The position numbers and the translations under genes are program-made. The notes under the pieces were generated by a model, which saw nothing but the letters and a program-made list of their open reading frames with translations, did no database searches and was not told the DNA's origin. This document shows, piece by piece, positions 58,159-64,000 of a stretch of DNA of 64,000 nt. The DNA comes from a virus: IMG/VR virus record IMGVR_UViG_3300020463_000009, positions 32,001 through 96,000 of that record, one strand, 5' to 3'. The first letter of the stretch is position 1, and every line of letters begins with the position of its first letter.

Positions 58159-59239
58159 AGAAGAAGCACTACATTGTGCTAACGTATTTACAAATTATTT
58201 TGGCCAGTTTAGTCGTATAGACCAGTATATGCGAGACCAAAAAATGGCACAGATTGAAACTATACCAGCACCTCTTCCTGGTATGGGTTTAGATTCAGAT
58301 ATGTTTGATGAATTTGATATGTCACCAGAGGTTATGGATTTAGAAGTTGTTGAATTAGATAATGATACTTGGGACACTTGTATTAATATGATATCAAGTC
58401 ATAGTAATATGGTTTCTATACCAGGTAAAACATTAAAACTGGCAGTAAAAGAAAAAAATACAGGTAAGTTTGTAGGTTTTATGAGATTTGGTTCACCTGT
58501 AATTAATATGAAACCTAGAAATACTTTATTAGGTAATGTACCTGAACTTACATCATTTAATAAAACTTCTATTATGGGTTTTGTTATAGTGCCTACACAA
58601 CCATTTGGTTTTAATTATCTAGGTGGTAAATTGTTAGCCGCCTTATGTTGTTCTCACGAAGTCAGAGAAAAACTAAACAAAAAATATAATATGAATTTAG
58701 TAATGTTTGAGACTACTAGTTTATATGGCAATTCAAAGTCAGCAAGTCAATATGATGGTATGAAACCTATGTTAAGATATAAAGGCTTAACTGATAGTGA
58801 TTTTATACCTATGATACACGGCAAACCATTTAAAGATTTACAAAATTATGTTGAAAGTAGAACTGGTCATTTAGTACCAGAAAATGCCTCTAGTAGAAAA
58901 CTTAAATTAACAAATGCAATTATTGGTTTAATTAAAAGGTCAATAGATGGTGATGATTTAAAAACTTTTAATACTACAATACTTAATGCTAAAAAATTAA
59001 CTGAACAAAAAAGATATTATGTATCTAATTATGGTATCGAAAATTATATTGATATAGTAAATGGTAAAACAGATAAGATTGTTAGAGCACCTAACTATGA
59101 AAGATTCTACGATAACGAACTTATAGAATGGTGGCGTAAACTTGCTACTAAAAGATTTTATAAATTAAAAGAAGATGGTCGTTTAAGAAATAATTTAGAG
59201 ATATGGACAAGAGACAGCGAGATAGACATAATAAGATAG
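58142..59239 (+). CDS. DUF4338/DruA-like protein, paralogue 2
   Basis: PGKTLKLAV....GK.VGF..FGSP.....PRN, IVPTQPFGFNYLGGKLLA..CCS, FETTSLYG, SQYDG.K, G.T; clearly homologous to 41465..42763. Confidence 0.7.
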   Translation: MKTLTKEEALHCANVFTNYFGQFSRIDQYMRDQKMAQIETIPAPLPGMGLDSDMFDEFDMSPEVMDLEVVELDNDTWDTCINMISSHSNMVSIPGKTLKLAVKEKNTGKFVGFMRFGSPVINMKPRNTLLGNVPELTSFNKTSIMGFVIVPTQPFGFNYLGGKLLAALCCSHEVREKLNKKYNMNLVMFETTSLYGNSKSASQYDGMKPMLRYKGLTDSDFIPMIHGKPFKDLQNYVESRTGHLVPENASSRKLKLTNAIIGLIKRSIDGDDLKTFNTTILNAKKLTEQKRYYVSNYGIENYIDIVNGKTDKIVRAPNYERFYDNELIEWWRKLATKRFYKLKEDGRLRNNLEIWTRDSEIDIIR

Positions 59240-59436
59240 ATGATTTTACAAAAGAGGAAAAGTTATCAGGTGGTGCCGTATTTGAGATTGGTGTAAGACA
59301 ATCTAAAGAACATAAGGCAATTAGAAGAATAGCAGAACCATTGATGGCAAAACATTGGAAAGATAAGGTTACTAATTTACATAGAATATATAAGGTTGCA
59401 GAGTACCTACATAAGAGAAGTAAAAGAGCAAAATGA
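59203..59436 (+). CDS. Hypothetical basic protein
   Basis: ORF in the operon; start uncertain. Confidence 0.5.
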   Translation: MDKRQRDRHNKIDDFTKEEKLSGGAVFEIGVRQSKEHKAIRRIAEPLMAKHWKDKVTNLHRIYKVAEYLHKRSKRAK

Positions 59437-59439
59437 TTA

Positions 59440-59613
59440 ATGAGAATAACAATATACAAGAGATACAATGACTATATTAGCCACGACTTTCCTCCCCAGG
59501 AGCTTGACAATATTAAGGAAGTATTGTATAGTCTAAATATAAAATGGTATACAATAAGTTATACAGAAAAGGAAATGATAGAATATGAGCGATTTTTTAA
59601 AAGACATAATTAA
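59440..59613 (+). CDS. Small hypothetical protein (57 aa)
   Basis: [41 protein letters not shown]...; fills the gap to uvsX. Not in the ORF track. Confidence 0.5.
   Translation: MRITIYKRYNDYISHDFPPQELDNIKEVLYSLNIKWYTISYTEKEMIEYERFFKRHN
59504..59532 (+). promoter_or_regulatory. sigma70-type promoter of uvsX
   Basis: TTGACA-17 nt-TATAGT. Confidence 0.6.
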
Positions 59614-60607
59614 AGAAACAGGTAATGAGTATGCTACACTAGCAAAAGACGGTGTTGCCGGAGGTGATATAGATAGTTTTATTGATACTGGTTCTTATTC
59701 TTTTAATGCTCTTCTTTCAGGTTCAATTTATGGTGGTATGCCTAGTAATAGAATTACAGCAATTGCAGGTGAAGCTGCTACAGGTAAAACTTTCTTTGCA
59801 TTAGGTGTTGTTAAATCATTTTTAGATAATGATAAAGACGCAGGTGTAATATACTTTGAATCAGAAAATGCAATATCAAAAGATATGGTTGAAGGTAGAG
59901 GTGTTGATAGTACAAGATTATTAGTAATGCCAGTTGCAACGGTGCAAGAATTTAGAACACAATCAATTAAAATTATAGACAAATATTTGGAACAACCAGA
60001 GGCAAGTAGAAAACCAATGATGTTTGTATTAGATAGTTTAGGTATGTTATCTACTACAAAAGAAATGACAGATACAGCCGAGGGTAAAGAGACAAGAGAT
60101 ATGACAAGGTCTCAAATTGTTAAGTCTGCTTTCAGAGTATTAACTTTGAAATTAGGACAAGCAAATGTTCCTATGATAATGACCAATCATACTTATGATG
60201 TGATTGGCAGTATGTTTCCCCAAAAAGAAATGGGTGGCGGTTCAGGTTTGAAATACGCTGCCTCTTCAATCATCTATCTTGGTAAACGAAAAGAAAAAGA
60301 CGGTACCGAGGTTGTTGGTAATATTATTCATTGTAAAAATTATAAATCAAGAATTACAAAAGAGAATGCTCAAATAGATGTTAGATTAACTTATAAAACA
60401 GGTCTTGACCGATACTATGGTCTTTTAGAAATGGCTGAAGACGCAGGTGTTTTTAAGAAAGTATCTACAAGATATGAAACACCAGCAGGTAAAGCCTTTG
60501 GTAAATCTATCTATTCAGAGCCTGAAAAGTTTTTTACAAAAGAGGTACTAACAAAGATTGATGAATACACAAAACAAAAATTCACCTACGGACAAGACGA
60601 AGCCTAA
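59585..60607 (+). CDS. uvsX: RecA-like recombinase UvsX
   Basis: DTGSY..NAL.SGS..GG, AGE..TGKTFF, DSLGML, DMTR, NHTY, MGGGSG..YA. Confidence 0.96.
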   Translation: MSDFLKDIIKETGNEYATLAKDGVAGGDIDSFIDTGSYSFNALLSGSIYGGMPSNRITAIAGEAATGKTFFALGVVKSFLDNDKDAGVIYFESENAISKDMVEGRGVDSTRLLVMPVATVQEFRTQSIKIIDKYLEQPEASRKPMMFVLDSLGMLSTTKEMTDTAEGKETRDMTRSQIVKSAFRVLTLKLGQANVPMIMTNHTYDVIGSMFPQKEMGGGSGLKYAASSIIYLGKRKEKDGTEVVGNIIHCKNYKSRITKENAQIDVRLTYKTGLDRYYGLLEMAEDAGVFKKVSTRYETPAGKAFGKSIYSEPEKFFTKEVLTKIDEYTKQKFTYGQDEA

Positions 60608-60890
60608 AAGATATGCTTTCGCTCACAAAGAGGGCGATGAATACTCCTGTATAAAATTAACAGAGGGTAAATTCAAAGGCATTATATATCATTATGGTAA
60701 AGTTTCTTTTGCACCTGAATCAGAAATGAAAGAGGGTAAATTACCTATGAAGTTTGATTACACCGTAGCATTAAATCCTACTGAACAAGTATTATATGAT
60801 AATCAAGAGTTTATTGATTACATTGGTGATATATTAATAGAATTATTAGATGAACAATTGAAACAAGGTAATATAAAAAATGCAAAGTGA
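60558..60890 (+). CDS. Hypothetical protein, possible gp40 head-vertex assembly chaperone
   Basis: T4 synteny uvsX-40-41; IY.YG.V......(L/M).FDY motif. Confidence 0.45.
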   Translation: MMNTQNKNSPTDKTKPKRYAFAHKEGDEYSCIKLTEGKFKGIIYHYGKVSFAPESEMKEGKLPMKFDYTVALNPTEQVLYDNQEFIDYIGDILIELLDEQLKQGNIKNAK

Positions 60891-62250
60891 TAGAATAGAA
60901 CATACTATATTAAGTAATCTGTTTTACAAAGAAGAGTTTGCTAGAAAAGCATTACCTTTTATCAAAGAAGAATACTTTACAAATAGAATAGAACAAATAG
61001 TATTCACAACCACATTTAACTTTATTCAAAAGTATAATAATGTTCCTACAAAAGACGCAGTATATATTGAGATTAATTCAAGAAAAGATATTAACGATAC
61101 TGAACATACACAAATAAAAGATTACATAACAAGTATTACAGATTTAGAAACAGATGAACAATGGTTATTAGATACTACTGAAAAGTGGTGTAAAGATAGA
61201 GCCGTGCATAATGCAGTATTAAGTGGTATCAAAATACTTGATAATAAAGATAAGACTAGAACACCAGAGGCAATACCTGGTATTTTATCAGACGCATTAG
61301 CAGTAAGTTTTGATAATCATATTGGTCACGATTATATAGATGACGCTGAAAATAGATATGAATGGTATCATACAAAAGAAAAAAGATATCAATTTGATTT
61401 AGATTATATGAATAGAATTACTAAAGGTGGTATACCAGCAAAGACATTGAATATTGCATTAGCAGGTACCGGCGTTGGTAAATCTTTGTTTATGTGTCAT
61501 TGTGCTAGTACATTTTTAACGCAAGGTTTAAATGTATTGTATATTACTTTAGAAATGGCTGAAGAACGTATAGCAGAAAGAATAGACGCAAACTTATTAG
61601 ACGTTTCTATGGATGACCTACACGTAATGCCAAAAGACTTATACGATAATAAACTTAAAAAGATATCAGATAAGACATATGGTAAATTAATTATCAAAGA
61701 ATATCCAACGGCGTCTGCTCATAGTGGTCATTTTAAGGCATTGTTTAATGAACTAGCTTTAAAGAAATCATTTAGACCAGATGTAGTGTTTATTGATTAC
61801 TTAAACATATGTGCTTCAAGTAGATTTAAAGGTGGTAATATTGGTTCTTATTTTTATATTAAGGCAATTGCTGAAGAGTTAAGAGGCCTTGCAGTAGAAT
61901 TTAATGTACCAATCTTTAGTGCAACTCAAACAACAAGAACTGGTTATACAGCAACAGATATTGGGCTAGAAGACACGTCTGAATCTTTTGGTTTACCAGC
62001 AACAGCAGATTTTATGTTTGCTTTAATTTCTACTGAAGAGTTAGAAGCTCTAGGTCAGATGAAAATTAAACAACTTAAAAATAGATACAATGACCCAAGC
62101 GTTAACAGGTCATTTATAGTAGGTGTTGACCGTGCAAAAATGAGACTATATGATGTAGGTCAAACTGCTCAAACAATTGTTAACAGCAACCAAAAAGAAG
62201 TAGAACAAAAAGAAGTTGCATACGATAAATTCAGCGACTTCAAAATATAA
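60880..62250 (+). CDS. gp41: Replicative DNA helicase gp41
   Basis: LAGTGVGKSLFMC, YITLEMAEE.IAERIDANL, IKEYPT, IDYLNIC, IAEELRGLA, SATQT.R. Confidence 0.97.
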   Translation: MQSDRIEHTILSNLFYKEEFARKALPFIKEEYFTNRIEQIVFTTTFNFIQKYNNVPTKDAVYIEINSRKDINDTEHTQIKDYITSITDLETDEQWLLDTTEKWCKDRAVHNAVLSGIKILDNKDKTRTPEAIPGILSDALAVSFDNHIGHDYIDDAENRYEWYHTKEKRYQFDLDYMNRITKGGIPAKTLNIALAGTGVGKSLFMCHCASTFLTQGLNVLYITLEMAEERIAERIDANLLDVSMDDLHVMPKDLYDNKLKKISDKTYGKLIIKEYPTASAHSGHFKALFNELALKKSFRPDVVFIDYLNICASSRFKGGNIGSYFYIKAIAEELRGLAVEFNVPIFSATQTTRTGYTATDIGLEDTSESFGLPATADFMFALISTEELEALGQMKIKQLKNRYNDPSVNRSFIVGVDRAKMRLYDVGQTAQTIVNSNQKEVEQKEVAYDKFSDFKI

Positions 62251-62525
62251 TGCCAAAAAGAAAAATACAAAAAGTTAGATTCCATAAAGGTGATAAAAAA
62301 CCAGGAGGTAGAGAAGTGAAAGACTTATCATATTCTACTAAACTAATTAAAAGAGGTAGAAAAATGGTTTGGCAATTGATAGAGAAGCCAACTAATTCTA
62401 TTATCAATGAATATTTTTTTGAAGAGGACGCTCAAAAAATAGCAGACTTCCAGAATAAAAACAAGGTTTGGAAAGTTAATGGTGGTGTACCTCCTTTTCT
62501 TTGTCTAAAATACAATCCGAAATAA
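62250..62525 (+). CDS. Hypothetical basic protein
   Basis: Coupled ORF after gp41. Confidence 0.55.
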   Translation: MPKRKIQKVRFHKGDKKPGGREVKDLSYSTKLIKRGRKMVWQLIEKPTNSIINEYFFEEDAQKIADFQNKNKVWKVNGGVPPFLCLKYNPK

Positions 62526-62564
62526 ACTTGCCAAACACTCCTAAATAGTATAAAAGAGGGATAT

Positions 62565-64000
62565 ATGGGAACTTTAGCACCAGGAAGATTTACAACCAAG
62601 TACAAAGCCAGTAGTGGTCTTTACAAAGGTAAAGATTATGAAGATATTGCTTATTGTAAAATCAAAGATAAGAGAGAATTTATTATAGGCAGTAATAAAA
62701 ATGGTCAAAAAGTTTATGGTTTAAAATTACTTAAAGATAAGAGCAACAAATACTTTTTATCTTATGCCAATAGTAAAACATCTACTAAAGAAACTGGTAG
62801 AGATTTAATTTCTAAATTTTTCAAAGACGAAGATTTTGGTGGCGGAAAAGGTTCAGGTGGTGGTTCAGATGATACAGCTGTAACCGAGTCATTGCAATGT
62901 TATTATCTATCAATACTTTTTAATTCAAGTGTTTCTAAATTAACTGGTAAAGAAAGTTTAAAACTATTAGATAATCAACAAAAATATTGTTTTACTTTTG
63001 ATAAGGCAACTAGATTTACTGCTAGTAAATTATTAGAAAGTTGTCCTGAAGATTGGTTAAAAAATAATGTATTTGTTAAGACAGCTAATGCAGTTTATAA
63101 TTCTCAATACGTAAAAGCTTTTAGAGGCAAACAAGTTTACTTTCATAGAGGTTCTAAATTTATGAAAGCTGTTTATGATAATAAAAAGAAGGCTCAAGAA
63201 TACGATAAGAAATTTAATAATCCACGTATAGCACCTGGTTCTTTTAATGATGATAAGTGGAATCCAGGAGATATATGGATGAGTACCAAACCACCTACTA
63301 CTACAACACCTTTTTCAAAAGATGAAAAAACTTTACCTGTTGAATGGACAGAATTAAGAGAAGCAGTTAGAGATAAAGTTGATGAACATACTTTAGGTGT
63401 ATCTTTAAAAAAAGTTGGTGGTACAAGTGCGATTATAACACCGTTTAATACTAGAAAAAGAACTCATAATGCAAATACAAAATTTGCTGGTTTTAAATTT
63501 GGTTCGACAGGTGATTTTTTTAATTCAGCTGATATATATTTACACTTTGATGATGGTGGCTTAATGCAATTAAGAGCTACTGCTACAACTAGATTATGGC
63601 AAGGTGAAATGAAAGGTAAATATGCAGCTGCTGGAAAAATAGGTGGTGGTGTCGTTAATCATTATGTAGAAAAGAATTTTAAAAGAACTATTGGCTCTCA
63701 AAGTATTACAACAAATTATAGAGAAACGTATTATCAAAATAGTGATTTAAATAAATTCTACAAATTATATACAAGATTCATTAATAAACAAAAAGCAGGT
63801 ACAACAAAACAAGAAGTGTTGTCTATTGAAGAGTTTAAAAAAAGAGCCGATGGATATTCTTATAGAGGTCAAAATGCAAGTCCAGCATTTTACTTTGGTA
63901 AGTATATGGGTTTACTTTTTTTAGAGTCAATCGAAGCAGATAAAAGAGGCAAAAATCTTGATGAATTATCAAGACAAATTGTTAGATATGCTATGTCTAA
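62565..64000 (+). CDS. Partial ORF, putative PD-(D/E)xK restriction-endonuclease-like protein
   Basis: ATG at 62565 after a GAGG RBS and a CCTAAATA late-like box; in frame at the window end; translation gives FGGG.GSGGG...T...ES.QC, DKWNPGDIW and GVSLKK. Confidence 0.55.
   Translation, partial: MGTLAPGRFTTKYKASSGLYKGKDYEDIAYCKIKDKREFIIGSNKNGQKVYGLKLLKDKSNKYFLSYANSKTSTKETGRDLISKFFKDEDFGGGKGSGGGSDDTAVTESLQCYYLSILFNSSVSKLTGKESLKLLDNQQKYCFTFDKATRFTASKLLESCPEDWLKNNVFVKTANAVYNSQYVKAFRGKQVYFHRGSKFMKAVYDNKKKAQEYDKKFNNPRIAPGSFNDDKWNPGDIWMSTKPPTTTTPFSKDEKTLPVEWTELREAVRDKVDEHTLGVSLKKVGGTSAIITPFNTRKRTHNANTKFAGFKFGSTGDFFNSADIYLHFDDGGLMQLRATATTRLWQGEMKGKYAAAGKIGGGVVNHYVEKNFKRTIGSQSITTNYRETYYQNSDLNKFYKLYTRFINKQKAGTTKQEVLSIEEFKKRADGYSYRGQNASPAFYFGKYMGLLFLESIEADKRGKNLDELSRQIVRYAMS

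Noticed and set aside
41465-59239. A complete Druantia defence system
   Set aside because: Only DruA-like genes are present; no DruE helicase or DruB-D is visible, and the genes sit in phage replication context.
602-61697. Minus-strand and alternate-frame short ORFs in the track (e.g. 1350..1655, 2755..3126, 25687..26067, 56004..56363)
   Set aside because: They lie inside or largely overlap well-supported + strand genes, lack motifs, and are the expected shadows of biased codon use.
22447-62250. Introns or inteins in terminase, gp43, helicases or uvsX; stop-codon reassignment
   Set aside because: All core genes are of normal length and uninterrupted under the standard code.

Overview
This 64 kb window is a co-oriented (+ strand), AT-rich piece of a T4-like myovirus genome. 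Gene content (bS21, peptide deformylase, Hsp20, MazG, hemO-pcyX, CobS/vWA) fits a marine phage of Alphaproteobacteria, probably an HTVC008M-like SAR11 myophage; the host call is inference. Order: tail-fibre and receptor-binding module with three large RCC1-repeat proteins (1-17.3 kb); heme oxygenase plus PcyX cassette (17.3-19.2 kb); T4 core morphogenesis genes gp13-gp23 and gp3 (19.3-34.4 kb); uvsY, uvsW, gp55, gp47, gp46; an accessory and host-takeover block (def, DUF4338/DruA-like, MazG, vWA-peptidase with MoxR AAA+, bS21, Hsp20); and the replication module (gp45, gp44, gp62, regA, RimK-protease fusion, ferredoxin, gp43, GNAT, MT-A70, second DUF4338-like gene, uvsX, gp41). T4 late promoters (TATAAATA) precede structural genes and sigma70-type promoters precede early and replication genes. 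The strongest candidates for something new are: (1) a non-canonical tRNA-Gly(ACC) with a rebuilt elbow, found with two DUF4338/DruA-like paralogues, a GNAT and an MT-A70 methylase, suggesting tRNA-dependent DNA hypermodification; (2) a ~250-nt pseudoknot-rich RNA between rpsU and hsp20; (3) a possibly virion-packaged RimK-RimB fusion alongside bS21. All calls come from reading the sequence by eye; no searches were run.
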